Shown here: positions 12,691-24,467 of the stretch, piece by piece
How the letters are laid out: each line of letters begins with the position of its first letter
Position numbering within the stretch: the first letter of the stretch is position 1
DNA from: Microthyrium microscopicum
Taxonomy: Eukaryota
Direction: 5' to 3'
Length of the DNA stretch: 64,000 nt
NCBI GenBank assembly: GCA_010405405.1
Contig: MU004234.1
Coordinates: forward strand, 292,993-356,992
Translations under genes and position numbers: made by a program
Notes under the pieces: generated by a model
What the model was told of the DNA's origin: nothing
Database searches by the model: none
What the model saw: only the letters and a program-made list of their open reading frames with translations

Positions 12691-12710
12691 AACCGGCCAA
12701 TTGGCCGGTT
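12691..12710. repeat. Perfect 20-bp palindrome
   Basis: AACCGGCCAATTGGCCGGTT is its own reverse complement. Confidence 0.9.
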
Positions 12711-12778
12711 TCTGCCTTTTGATGGTACTTTTTCAATCAGTATAGATTGAATTCCTCGATTTGCCTCCGTTCTCATTA

Positions 12779-13636
12779 TTATTGTCCTAGTTCTGCAGGA
12801 TTTGTGCCATCGCGCACGACATTAACTTTGGGACTTCCGTCGAATTCATCTATCCTTGATTGTCCGTCCATTTCATTGACTTTCGGTTGTTCGGTAAATT
12901 CATAAGCAGCCATGGTGGGCGCTAGCTGAACGTCTGTATTGTTGCGCTGCTTTCGCTGTCGTTTCTTGTAGAAAAATATGGCTAATATGAGAGCCAGTAA
13001 TGCGACTGCTCCAACCGATACTCCAACAGCTATTCCAATCGTGGCTGACTTGCTAAGAGATCCCGAGTGAGGAGAATTTGACGTCGAGGGCGCGCTAGTA
13101 CTTGACGATGTGGAAGTACTTGAGGATGTTGGGCTTTGTGAGGTCGAGGATGAAGTCGAGGACGAATTCGCGGAAAGGAATATCCTGGAGCTGCTTGAAC
13201 AACATACTGTCGGATCTATAGCTCCACAACAGAAGGAGCCATCCGTCGGACATGATGTCAATTTAGCACTAGACGAAGAGTTACCTCCAGTCTAAACAAA
13301 GGATGATTCAGTAAAAGTTCACAAGCATCTACGCAGGCTGTAGGTAGCTTCACATACCGTTCCATCTAGACATATTTTATGGCAATTCGGGCTCTTCCAT
13401 GTCGGATCTGTGCATTCATCGCGAAACCAATACCCCTGAACAGAGTTATAGCATAGGCCATTCGCCTCGCACGCGTCGGAAAAAGTCGTGCGGCAGCATG
13501 GTCCATCCACTCCGACGACCTGATTGCATGGCACTCCGATCGGATCTGTCGTGGTGCCGTCTGGATAATAACAAGTAGCGCGACAAGTCCCAAATAGTTC
13601 CAGCAGGAAAAAGGCCAAAACGAAAGAGGGTATCAT
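12779..13636 (-). CDS. Single-pass cell-surface protein (signal peptide, Cys-rich ectodomain, Ser/Thr stalk, TM helix, short tail); Mid2/WSC-sensor-like architecture
   Basis: Exons 13636-13358 and 13291-12779. MIPSFVLAFFLLELFGTCRA signal; CYYPDG..CC..NGLC..CTDPTW.S..C..FCC; TM IGIAVGVSVGAVALLALILAIFFY followed by KKRQRK. Confidence 0.85.
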
Positions 13637-15673
13637 GATCGCAAACCACGGGATGAATGATACATGGACGGAGGAAACAAGGGTGGACCGCCAAGATAAA
13701 GCATTTCTCAAGAGACGACACAGGTGACAAAAAACAGAAAGCTACTCCGTAGTGGGCGCAATGGTTATTTCTAAAAACAACCTTAAAATGAACGCAATGC
13801 GTGGGCTGCGCCCCGACGAATGAAGCGATAAGCCCAATTCAGCCACGATGAAGTATGAGAGAAGACGAAACCAAAAGTCGGTAAAAACAAGAGAAAAGGG
13901 TGTCTAGCTGAACAGAATAAAAAGCTCTATCATTTGACTTCTTCAGAACTGCAATATCTTGCAGTTTGAATAGGTTACGTCTTGTATAAAACCTATAAGG
14001 CGGAGGGTCTGCTTACTCTGGAAATGGGCTTATACCAAAGAGTGCTAGTCTTCAAGCAAAGCGAATGCTAGGAGGTAGAGTAGGTCCAATCAGAGCTCGA
14101 TAATCTCCTGAAGACACGCCACGGCGTCGAAATAGCGTTTAGAATGTCTTACCATGCAGCGGTTAAAGTCCTTAATACGAGCTTTGCATCCTCACAACGT
14201 CCAATTCTCCGAACCTACTGTACAGCATAAAATTATGGAAATTCCAGTCTCTAGCACCGGCGATATTCGAAAACCATAGTCCATATCCGGCACAAAGATT
14301 GAGGCTCTCGAATATTTACGGCATGGCAGATCATGCCTAATACAACATACGTCATGGCAACATCTCTTGTCGCATCTACGGGCTCCATCTGACCTTGAGA
14401 ACGCCGAAAAATGGTCTTGTAGAGAGCAAGTTGTCGAGTTTCTCTTCGGATCCTTCGGCTCTGGTTGCTTTTGTATAACTCGGGATGTGTATGGCAACTG
14501 GCGAGGTACTCTAGACAACAGCGAAACGACACTGCTCTTCTCAACAGACACTCAAAGCATCGAGAACGAGTCAACAGATTCGTTTCCAGATATCAAGGGC
14601 ACTCAGAGTACCTGGCCATGGAAATATCCAATAACGCCATGCGTCGGCATTGCCATAAATTCAGACATTGGAGAATACTTATGGACCGTCCCAAGAGTTC
14701 GACTTTCCGAATCGGTTATTGCGACCAGTACTCTAGAATGATTTACAAAACAACAAAGGTAATTGATTGGAAGGTTTGATTGTGTATACGCTTGGAATTG
14801 GCTTCGCACCCATAGTGCGTAGTTTGGTAACATTTCTGGTTGAGTCTGACCACACAAATGATACCGGCGATGTTGGGTCGTCTCTACGCACTCATCGCTG
14901 TTAGGATATAAGAAAGGTCTCACGGTGATAAGGTACCTAGGTATATTAGCGGTATATGAATAGACCTTGGGTTAATTTTCATCTCCACGGTAGGCTAACA
15001 TTACTAGTTAACACAAAATGGTGCGTATCTAGCTTCCACGAAGGATTAAATCATACCGGTTGCATCGTCTTGTTACTGGGGTACACTATACTCAGTCCGC
15101 CAGTCTTGATTTTCTTCGCAAGAATCAAATATAAGGGCGGCTTTGTCCGCCAAAATTCTTCAAACGCCAGCACATCAACCCAAATCAGCGACCCCTTCTG
15201 TGCCTAGAACAAACTCGGGACTTCTCAAACGACGCACAATCCTTAGCGCAAAGCTCACCACTACTCGCCAACCATGGAGAGCTCCACGAGCAAAACTAAA
15301 GGTCATCTCGGTGACCTTGGGAAACTTCCTCGAAAAGTCAAGGACGGAATTCTAAAACATTTAGGTAAGAACACCCGTGTATAACAACGTCTTTGGACAA
15401 AACTCGACTGCGCTATGACTGTCATCATATTAGATGGCTGCCGGGCCTGCTAAAGATGTTCAAGAAAACTTTTAGTCTGCGGGACTTCAATTCACCGTGC
15501 TAATTAGGGTGATCTCACAATCTCAACACGTTCTGTGGCTTTCATAGTAGACACCAAAAGTAGCTTGATCCATATAGGGTGTTATAAACTAAGATTTGGA
15601 AAATTAGTGTATCACAATCTTCGACTGACAACTTCTAGGTATATTCCACAAATATCCTATCATCGTCGACAAG

Positions 15674-17158
15674 GTGTTAAAGAGTTCTCTTCATCCGATG
15701 GATTATATTGAAGATGGATTGCGCGATAGGTTTAGATCAACGGGTATCAACTTAAGTCCTTATATTGGGTTGGAACGAGTTCTCCTTCCAGTAAACTTTC
15801 TGCGGACGTGCAAGTTGATCCACCGAGAATTATTTGAAGCGTTCTATAGCGAGAATACTTTCCTAGTCTATAACGACCAGACCAGCGTTAAATGGATCCA
15901 AGGATTACCAACTTTGGCATGGCTGAACATCACGAACTTGATACTAAAGTTCAGGCCTCACACAATCCACTGGTCTGCTAAAAACGGCTACAAAAGTTTC
16001 TGGCAAAGGAGTGCTTTCGAAGCTCGATTGGACAGCTGGGCAACGATCTGCTCTGCCATTTCTGGAAATCTTATGATTCACGATCGTTACAACACTATCA
16101 GGGTGACTTTCTCTTTAGAGCAGGTGTATGATATATTCCAAGTTCAAGAAGTACTAGAACCAGCTACTATTGCTCTCACATCAATGTGCTCAGCGGTAAA
16201 GATTACCGACAACGACCGCAATCAATACGCTTTCGCCAGCGCCAGCGCAAAAGAATGGCCCATTTCCAGATTGAGGCAGTGGTATTCGTCCAAAGTATAC
16301 AGCATGTACGTGTCATGTGGCATCAAGATGATGTCGCGTCCTCAGCATAAGGCTCCGAACTCCTTCCCCTTCACAAGACTGCCAGTAGAGCTCCAATCTA
16401 TGATCCTTTCAGACGCCGACCTTATTAGCAACAAGTGGTTAGAACCTACTGGTCATAAGGACATGGATAAAAATTCATGCTCTGGGTCCTCGTGCGTGGG
16501 ACACTGCGTTCCATCGGGTTGCACTCAACTACATGGTGAATATCAAAGCTGGAGCTCTTGTGAGGAACATCCCATCCTCTATTCAAGTAGCTGTACATGC
16601 AATCCTTTACGTCGGTCGCCGCTTCTCTTGGTCAGCAGGGATATACGCGAAGAAGCTCTTCGAATAATCTACAGCAAGAACAAGTTCAGGGTTCAAATCG
16701 ACTTTTACTCCTACCTCCGTGGACATCACCCAGAAACGCTTGATAGGTTTCGTAGGGTGGATAAATGTCACCTTTATATGCTACGAGAACTCAGCTTCGA
16801 TTCTAAAATTGATTGTAACTCATGGCACAGTTCGACAACCCACTACTTGATGATCATAGAACATCTGTTGCTCTTCCTTAGACAACGCTGCAATCTTTCG
16901 AAATTGCAGCTCAAGTTTGAACTCAGGCCATACCTCAGTCTGGGAAGAGCAAGTGTTTTGACGAGGGAGTTTCCTCTGCTGAGGAACTTATTGCATTCAT
17001 TCTGCACACTCCTACAGGCCTGCGGCTTTGATAATGCCAGTGTCAAAGTGAGCATGGAAGACATCGAAGAGTGGCCTGGAAGTGAATTTGTGACTGTGCA
17101 TGGTCCTGGTGCAAATTACTCTATCAACTCGCTGATGAATAAAATCATCAGAATATGA
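15674..17158 (+). CDS. Hypothetical protein with F-box-like module(s); true start probably in an unresolved upstream exon
   Basis: 494-codon ORF. FPFTRLPVELQSMIL F-box-like motif; two related motifs FLRTCKLIHRE..FYSENTF and LLLVSRDIREE..IYSKNKF. Probable acceptor CTGAC..TAG at 15638. Confidence 0.7.
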   Translation: MLKSSLHPMDYIEDGLRDRFRSTGINLSPYIGLERVLLPVNFLRTCKLIHRELFEAFYSENTFLVYNDQTSVKWIQGLPTLAWLNITNLILKFRPHTIHWSAKNGYKSFWQRSAFEARLDSWATICSAISGNLMIHDRYNTIRVTFSLEQVYDIFQVQEVLEPATIALTSMCSAVKITDNDRNQYAFASASAKEWPISRLRQWYSSKVYSMYVSCGIKMMSRPQHKAPNSFPFTRLPVELQSMILSDADLISNKWLEPTGHKDMDKNSCSGSSCVGHCVPSGCTQLHGEYQSWSSCEEHPILYSSSCTCNPLRRSPLLLVSRDIREEALRIIYSKNKFRVQIDFYSYLRGHHPETLDRFRRVDKCHLYMLRELSFDSKIDCNSWHSSTTHYLMIIEHLLLFLRQRCNLSKLQLKFELRPYLSLGRASVLTREFPLLRNLLHSFCTLLQACGFDNASVKVSMEDIEEWPGSEFVTVHGPGANYSINSLMNKIIRI

Positions 17159-17856
17159 CCTGAGAATTTTCTTCTTCCAAGCGGCATTGATGCCTTGTAT
17201 GCCTTTACATGTAATAGATCTGTATGACAGGGAAAGATGATTAGCAAACAATAGAGCATGAAGACTAATTACTGCCCAATGTTCAGTATCAAGCGACAGG
17301 TTGTGCTCTGCTATCTATATGTAGAAGAACCATCTCTCTCCAAAGACACTTTCCTTCTCAATTGCTTATAAGCAGTCTTTCTACCTTTCAAATATACATC
17401 TTGGATACAGATCGTACCTCCCGTTGCAAGCGACCACAATTATCCAGCCACGGCTACTTTCTGAAGCACAAACTGCATTTATAAACAAAAAGGGCTTGTC
17501 GAATGTAAAGAGCCCACCACGAGCACAACGGCCACTGGGCTTTGCAGTGATCCAGTACTTCGAAGATCAACATCTGAGATCTCCACCCATCCAGTCAGGT
17601 CCGAAAGACGGATTCTATCAATCCAATCGAAATGCGACTAGAGCTTACTGAGGATTAGTCTTTGAAAGTGATAGGCTCAAATCTCTACTTAATGCATATA
17701 TACACCAACTGAAACTCCCTCACGAGTCACAAACTCTCCAACCTTCCTCTGCTCGACCGGTGCCTCAACTTGCTACAATGTTAGTACCTTCAAGAATACG
17801 AAAGCTTCAAAATACTAAACCCACTTATTTGCTAGAGAAATTTCAAGATGCCAATA

Positions 17857-18330
17857 ATGGCCCAACCCGAGCTCAATTGGCAAAAATGTGCAGCTCGACA
17901 CAACCAGCTACTAGAAATCGGATGGGTCACACTTCTAGAAGAAACAGACTAGAAGCAAGACAAGACAACATGGTCGCAGAAGTATTTTGGCCAAGGCAGG
18001 AATTCCACAGCTGCGACGGAGCTTGAGGCTCGTCTAGAACCATCCGTCGTTAAATTTCTCAAAGCAACAGAGAATGACTACCCTGGGAATGAGGAGGACG
18101 AGCATCTATTCTACTATGTCAAGAAGCTCGTTACCCCAGAAGACATGATCAGATCACTGAATCAAGATGAAAGCACTGGCGTTCCCGACAATAACTCTCC
18201 TGTGCCTAGACTTTACGTCCCGGGTGTTTCTTTCAAGGCACCTGTATATGATTCTCCGACAAGAACGAAACTTCGATATGTTTGGCTCTTCAAAGCTGCT
18301 GGTTTCAGACTCACTGCAGGTGGCCTCTAG
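17857..18330 (+). pseudogene. Probable truncated relic of a fungal hypothetical-protein family
   Basis: MAQPELNWQKCAARHNQLLEIGW...*(TAG 17950)...ELEARLEPSVVKFLKA...HLFYYVKKL in one frame. Resembles a recurrent ascomycete hypothetical family (recalled, not searched). Confidence 0.5.
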
Positions 18331-20520
18331 TAAGTGATAACCGTTCCTGGGTTACCATTATGGTGTTACTATCAGAAGCCAGCCTAGACCAGAACACGAT
18401 GAAAGGCAAGTATGCACTTCGAAAAGTCTCCATTCATACCACTCGGCCTAGGTTTAAGGCATAACTTTCTATTCAGCCTTGAACATGTAGTAGATTTTCG
18501 ACGCCTTAATAGATCAGCTGAATATTAAATAAGCAGGATATATATATTTTCTTTTAGGTAGCTACTGAAATATGTTATTTACCTATTGACGATATGATGG
18601 CGAGCCTGTATCAGGCTAGCCATAACTCACGCTCATTGGTCAGGACTTCAGCCTCAATGCCCAAATGTAGGAAGCTTGAAAATGAGAAATAATTCCTCAA
18701 CATATCATTGGCATAGAATCGGATCAAGGATGCTGGCACATTGGATTACCTTCTCTTCCCTTGTGTCAGCAACACCGCTTGATCTGTGGCTACAAAATTA
18801 ATACATCCTTCGCCTCCTCCAGGAGTCCGCGCTGCTACTTCTTGATCGATTTCTTTGACGGCGCCCCTCTTGATCATAGTAGAAGTAAGGAGTCCTATGT
18901 GGGTTTTCTCTAGGCGGCCGAACTTTCCCGTCGCGCATCGCTACCCAAGCGGCTTTTCTAACCAATTCTGTGGAAGAATCTTCTTTATCACGTTCGTTGT
19001 ATAACACGAGGGTCATTTCGAAGGCTGGATGCATCTTGATCAAAGATGAGGTTACAAGTCTTAACCTGACATTCTTGGATGAACTGAAATCGTAGTGAGA
19101 GGCTTTGGCTCTGGCGAAAAGGCTCAGGCTACGCTCACGAACATCTGAGTATGCATGTGTTCGTCGAAGAATGTCTTGTTTTGCAGTCCGTGTACACAGA
19201 TATTCATCGATAATTCTTGATTTACTTCGAACTCTATCACCATGGCAGAAACTTCCAGATTGACCTCGACTTCCTGATCGACTTCGATCTCTAGATAGAT
19301 TCCGACTTATGAGTATCAACGACGAGTCGATTTCGTGATCCACACTGCTAACTTGGATCTCGATTGTTCAGACAGATCCATCAAGATCTCGTCGGATCTT
19401 CGCTCGCGTATGGGGATACTCGTAGATGGGCTGTCTAATTTCAATTTTATTCTCTTCCAATCTTTGGTCCTGTCGTGGCGTTATTCGAAGTCAAGAGATT
19501 GGTGCCAATTCTTGCTCCTGGTCTCGCGGACATGTCCAGAAGACCAGCGCCACCTAAGATCATAATCTGATATACATACTATCCAGACGAAATAGGTTCT
19601 ACAGGTCTTGCGAGTCGAAAACATTTGAAGGTCCAACATCGGTATTGGGAACTTGAAACTATTGCTTGGCGTGCGAGGGAAGAGTGGAAAGCTCTAATCC
19701 TGATTATAAAAGAGTTCTCTACATGAGACATTGATGATTACCCCAACTCCGTAGACGACTATGTCTTCGAAATGATTCTGGGATGGTGGAAAGGGGTACT
19801 TTATATAGAAACTTAGAAAGTAAAATATTTCTGTGAACAGAAAACTTCAGGGCATATCGCCGCCAAATTATGTCTTGCCCATTTATACCATACTCCCAAA
19901 AACACCTACCAACAATGTACGACCTCATGGCCAACTGTACGGCCTTTAATCCTGTGAGATCTAGAGCTCTGTCGACCTGCAGCACCCCAAGCCGGCTAAT
20001 TTTCGTTTGATTCGCCAGTGAGATGACAGCCTCACCACATGCCCAAAGATAGCTTACTTTCATTGACACCTCAAATTCGACTCATCTCAGACAGAACAGT
20101 GACATGAATGTCCATCAAAGTCTCGACTTCCTTGACCCGCGAGGTGGCCCACAGAGCGAGATCGCTTATCGCCGGAAGTGCATATAGATACTTCTCGTAA
20201 GTTATACACATACCGTTCAGGCAACACGAAGCTATTCTAGCTCTGTGTTTCCTTGCTTCACTTCACTTTACCTGTTTCGAACTCTACGTTTGCATCTCTT
20301 GGTGCTTCCTTCCTAAATACAATATGGGATTGTTATCAAAGTGATCTGGCGAGTCGGCCTGGTGACGATCCAGCGCAACGTCACTTTTTGTATAATTGTT
20401 CTAGTTTATGTTTTCATTTCCTACAAAAATCGGCGGCAGTACTTGAATGTTGTTTTCATTTCATTATTACATCGACGCCTTTACTTGACCTATAGCTTCT
20501 GTTTGTCCATACGAGCGACC

Positions 20521-22338
20521 ATGGTTCTCCTTCAAAAAGCTTACTCTACCCTCAGCATACATCCACAATCAGGCTCTGTCAAAAAAGGCCTCAAGGGGAC
20601 TGTCATCACTCCCAAACAAACCCCATTCTCCTGCGGCATAAAAATGTCCCGAATGGCCAGTGATCTCGCCGCCTCCCTCTCCTCCACCACCCGCTCAACC
20701 AAACCACCCACCGTGCGTAAAAAGCCAACACACATCGGCATAATAGGCGGCGGCGTCGCCGGTCTCCGCTGTGCAGAAGTCCTTCTCACCTCCGAAATCC
20801 GCGTAACAATCCTCGAAGCACGCGACAGACTCGGCGGCCGACTGGGGCAGACGACCGTCGATGGGCACCTCGTAGATCTAGGACCGAATTGGATACATGG
20901 GACGAAGGATAATCCGATCTATGAATTAGTCAAAGAGACGGGGACGGCAGCATGTGGATTCGAAGATACCCCGAATTTATACGGGAGAGATGGGATTAGG
21001 TTGAAGAAGGAGGAGAGTAAAGTGGTGACTGGGTTGTTGTGGGAAGTTATTGGGATGGCGTTTGAGGAGAGTAATAGGCAGGATGGGGCAATTGGTGTGG
21101 AGGAGAGTTTGAGGGGGTATTTGGAGGGGAATGTAGAGGCAGCAGTGAGGGTGGCGGTGGGGAAGATGGGTGTGACCGAGGTGTCGAGGCTGGTGGGCAA
21201 GGAGGCTGTGGTAGAAGAGGATAGGGAAGGTTTGGTGGAAAGATTGACGGATCTTGTTCTGGCGGCGAGTGATATATGGGGCGCATATATTGGCAGTGAG
21301 ACGAAAAAGCAGAGTTTACGGTATCTGTGGTTAGAGGAATGCCTGGATGGAGAGAATTTGTTTTGTGCGGGGACGTATGAGAAGGTTTTGGAGACTGTGG
21401 CCAGACCGGCGCGGGAGGGCGCTGAGGTAGTATATGGGTGTGTCGTGGACAAGATACATGAAAAAGATCCTAATGGGAATGGTGTGCTAGTCAAGAGTAC
21501 AGATGGTCGCGAATGGCAGTTTGATGAGGTCGTGGTGACGACGCCATTGGGCTGGCTCAAGGAGAATCTGGATGCGTTTCAACCGCGTGTACCGGATGAT
21601 CTGAAGGAAGCGGTGGAACAGCTGGGATATGGCGCCTTGGATAAGGTGTATATCTCGTTTCCGGAAGCGTTCTGGGATACGTCTGGTGGACAAGACGTAG
21701 CATTGGAGACAGCTTCGCATATTTCGCTGACGACGAGACGTTCCTCCGTGCCATCGATACCAGCAACTGTTCCTCTCTCACCAACGATATCTCGCACCGA
21801 AGACATGCCCAACCGATCTGGCATCCACACGTTCATGCAACCCAACTACACCACCAGCCCCTTCGGTACAAACACACAAGAAGCCATCTCACTCGCCTCA
21901 CTGCCCGGCGAATGCGCTCATCCAACCCTTCTCTTTTACACCAGTGCGCCAACATCGTATCTCGTCACGGCTCATCTGGCTAACTGCAAGTCGGCGTCCA
22001 CAACGACTCCATTTCCGTCCGCGCCGCTGGAAGAGCTTTTCATGCCATATATTTCTCTGTTGCCGAATTACGATGCCGCGAATCCAGCGTGTAAACCTCG
22101 TGATATACTAGCCACGAATTGGACAGCAGATGCGCTCGCCGGCCATGGCAGCTACACCTTCTTTCCAGCAGGCGTTGACCGGGCAGATGAACATGTATTG
22201 CGGCTGCGGGAAGGAATGCCAGAGCGCGGGATTTGGTTGGCCGGTGAGCATACGGCACCATTTGTTGCGCTCGGAACTGTGACGGGTGCGTGGATGAGTG
22301 GCGATGCAGTTGGACGGAGAATTCTAGATGGAGACTGA
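20521..22338 (+). CDS. Flavin-containing amine oxidase (polyamine oxidase/Fms1-like)
   Basis: IGIIGGGVAGL dinucleotide fold, EARDRLGGR, DLGPNWIHG, VVTTPLGWLK, GSY, AGEHT, GTVTGAWMSG. Intronless; start is 20521 or 20644. Confidence 0.92.
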   Translation: MVLLQKAYSTLSIHPQSGSVKKGLKGTVITPKQTPFSCGIKMSRMASDLAASLSSTTRSTKPPTVRKKPTHIGIIGGGVAGLRCAEVLLTSEIRVTILEARDRLGGRLGQTTVDGHLVDLGPNWIHGTKDNPIYELVKETGTAACGFEDTPNLYGRDGIRLKKEESKVVTGLLWEVIGMAFEESNRQDGAIGVEESLRGYLEGNVEAAVRVAVGKMGVTEVSRLVGKEAVVEEDREGLVERLTDLVLAASDIWGAYIGSETKKQSLRYLWLEECLDGENLFCAGTYEKVLETVARPAREGAEVVYGCVVDKIHEKDPNGNGVLVKSTDGREWQFDEVVVTTPLGWLKENLDAFQPRVPDDLKEAVEQLGYGALDKVYISFPEAFWDTSGGQDVALETASHISLTTRRSSVPSIPATVPLSPTISRTEDMPNRSGIHTFMQPNYTTSPFGTNTQEAISLASLPGECAHPTLLFYTSAPTSYLVTAHLANCKSASTTTPFPSAPLEELFMPYISLLPNYDAANPACKPRDILATNWTADALAGHGSYTFFPAGVDRADEHVLRLREGMPERGIWLAGEHTAPFVALGTVTGAWMSGDAVGRRILDGD

Positions 22339-22677
22339 AATACACTTACTGAAATACACTTGGGTAGAGAGAGGACCTCGGGATAGCGAAGACGCAAGTT
22401 CTACAGCTTAGCAGGCCTAATGGAACGGACGGAATGATACCTAGACACCTAAAAGCAAAACAACAGAGAACGGAGATTATGGTACAACTGATGCATTAAT
22501 CTTGACTACTGGTTCCCAATCAAAGACGCCTTGCTAGAAAATGCCAAATACCCAATATTGGTCGAAAGTGCCAGGGCCAGAAGAATTGCCGTCCGGGTAT
22601 ACTGATGCCAATGCATGGAGTCGTTTTATAATTATGTTTGATCGTTGTAGCAAATGGAATGTCAACGTTTGCTCTTC

Positions 22678-23664
22678 TCAAAGCCATGCGGTTTCGATGT
22701 TGGTCCTCGTTGAGGCTCTCTGTTTGTTCTTTGGTTGCTTGACTTTGATGAGCAAAGGTGTTATATGCTCTTTCTTGGTTGTGCTGACTGGCTTTCGACA
22801 TACAGGACATTGTGCACTGCGCACACCTGTTTGCGTTCGAGTTCTGATTTCTGAATGGCGTAAGGATTCGAGAAGACACAGGTTACAAAATGCGTGTCCT
22901 GGCTCATCTGTTAGCGGGGTCTGAGGAAATCCGTGCTTTTGGAACATACCACAATGTGCCATGGTCAGACTTGTCGGAACGTCCATGCATATCACACAGT
23001 TCATTGAATTCAGAGTGGTCTTCTTAGCCCCTTCGAGCTTTGACTGTGCCTTGACTGCATCTTCTCGTTGTTTCGCTGCCACCCGCCTGAGCTCTTCTGA
23101 TGCTTTATCGGTGCTATTGTCCAAGTCGTCAATCATGATAGGAGCCGCCCTGCTGCCTTCCAACAGTGTTGCTGAGGCACCTCCAGCTCCTGACGCTACT
23201 TGAGGTCTCCGCATAGACTCCAAGGTATATGCCGCCTGAATTTCACCCTCGGTGTGAGTACCAGGTGACGAGTCGCCCGTCAAGTCTATCACGGTGGGGC
23301 CATTCTGTGGCGTTTGTCCGCGCTCGAATGAGCTCTCAAACGACGAGGGGTGACCTCCTGTTCGCCGTCGTTTCCGTGCTCGGGATGACTCCGCCACTGA
23401 CGAACTGAACGAGTCAGGCCGTCTATGATTTTTACTCATCTCAAGGAAGGCTGAGCGTGGTGTGGAGGAAGTAGAAGAACCGAGAGAGACGAAGGAGGAG
23501 GGCGAGGAGTTGTCTTCGTATTTTAGGTCGGGTACGCCACGGCGGATGTATTGTGAAGATGAAGGACGATTTAGCGAGCGGCTTGGTTCTGGCGATGGAG
23601 AATTGGGTACGAAGAGGGGTGATTCAGCTCGTAGTGAATAGCCAAAGGGATAATTACGGTCCAT
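22678..23664 (-). CDS. C3HC4 RING protein with SUMO-interacting motifs (Slx8/Rfp/RNF4-like STUbL)
   Basis: SIM-like VIDLT and IMIDD. RING CVICMD..HC|GHAFCNLC..CPVCR after removing a 51-nt intron 22949-22899. Confidence 0.8.
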   Translation of the reverse strand: MDRNYPFGYSLRAESPLFVPNSPSPEPSRSLNRPSSSQYIRRGVPDLKYEDNSSPSSFVSLGSSTSSTPRSAFLEMSKNHRRPDSFSSSVAESSRARKRRRTGGHPSSFESSFERGQTPQNGPTVIDLTGDSSPGTHTEGEIQAAYTLESMRRPQVASGAGGASATLLEGSRAAPIMIDDLDNSTDKASEELRRVAAKQREDAVKAQSKLEGAKKTTLNSMNCVICMDVPTSLTMAHCGMFQKHGFPQTPLTDEPGHAFCNLCLLESLRHSEIRTRTQTGVRSAQCPVCRKPVSTTKKEHITPLLIKVKQPKNKQRASTRTNIETAWL

Positions 23665-24467
23665 GATGGGCGCTGTTGTGGCTAAGGCGGCAAAGAATGG
23701 TGTTGTGGTAAGAATGTTGGGCTATTACCCCAGCAGGCAGGTACGATAATTACAGTAGCACCTGCAGGCAGATTTTTAGGAAGGTAGCGGCTAGAGAGGA
23801 GGAAGGGGCGAAGAAGTGGAGAGAAGGGATGTTGGTGAGAGGTTAGAGGTTAGAGGTTAGAGGCGAGTAGAGGCAAGAGGACGACCAGAGGTGAAGGAGT
23901 TGATGGTGGGCCGTGGCCAAACAAGAGTGCCGCCTCCAACTTCACTCCATCCCTCGACAACTTCAACACCTCAGTTTTCTTAAGGAGAATTACGGTTGAA
24001 TTCACTTGTATTATTGACTTCAACCCATGAGTAGGAACCGTAAACCTGACTGATGTCTTTGAATGGAAATGCGGGTATCACAAGCTACTTCTTGATGAGC
24101 TGAAGTATAACTGATCGTAGTACTTCCTGCAAAATTGGACGGAAAACAGGCAATAGGCCCGACTAGCCAGGGTTACTTGGCAGCAACAAAAATCTTACAA
24201 AGGAATGACAATAAAATAGAACGGCAAAGAGTGTTGCAAGATGGAGGAATCAATTACGAGGTATAATTGCCAAGCTTAACTCCGCTCCACTCCGAAGTCT
24301 CTAACTTCAGATGCCAAGACATGTATGATCCCTGCTCCTGCAGCGAGATTTCTCTAGGATTATATCGCGAAGTCATGATCCCTCCTCCTACACTGTAATA
24401 TCGTCGCGTCTGCCTTACACCCTTTCTGCTTCCTTTAAAATGTCCTAGCATCTGTCGCGCATCTAAG

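Noticed and set aside
20341..20520. GTG-initiated hydrophobic N-terminal extension of the amine oxidase
   Set aside because: Non-ATG start from the ORF caller; AT-rich, UTR/promoter-like sequence.
20919..21560. 213-aa antisense ORF in the amine oxidase (similar ones at 28628-29167 and 35420-35974)
   Set aside because: By-products of the strong strand skew, which depletes stops on the opposite strand.
23841..23863. (GGTTAGA)x3 resembling telomeric repeat
   Set aside because: Only three 7-mer units, not TTAGGG; lies in a purine-rich 5' leader region.
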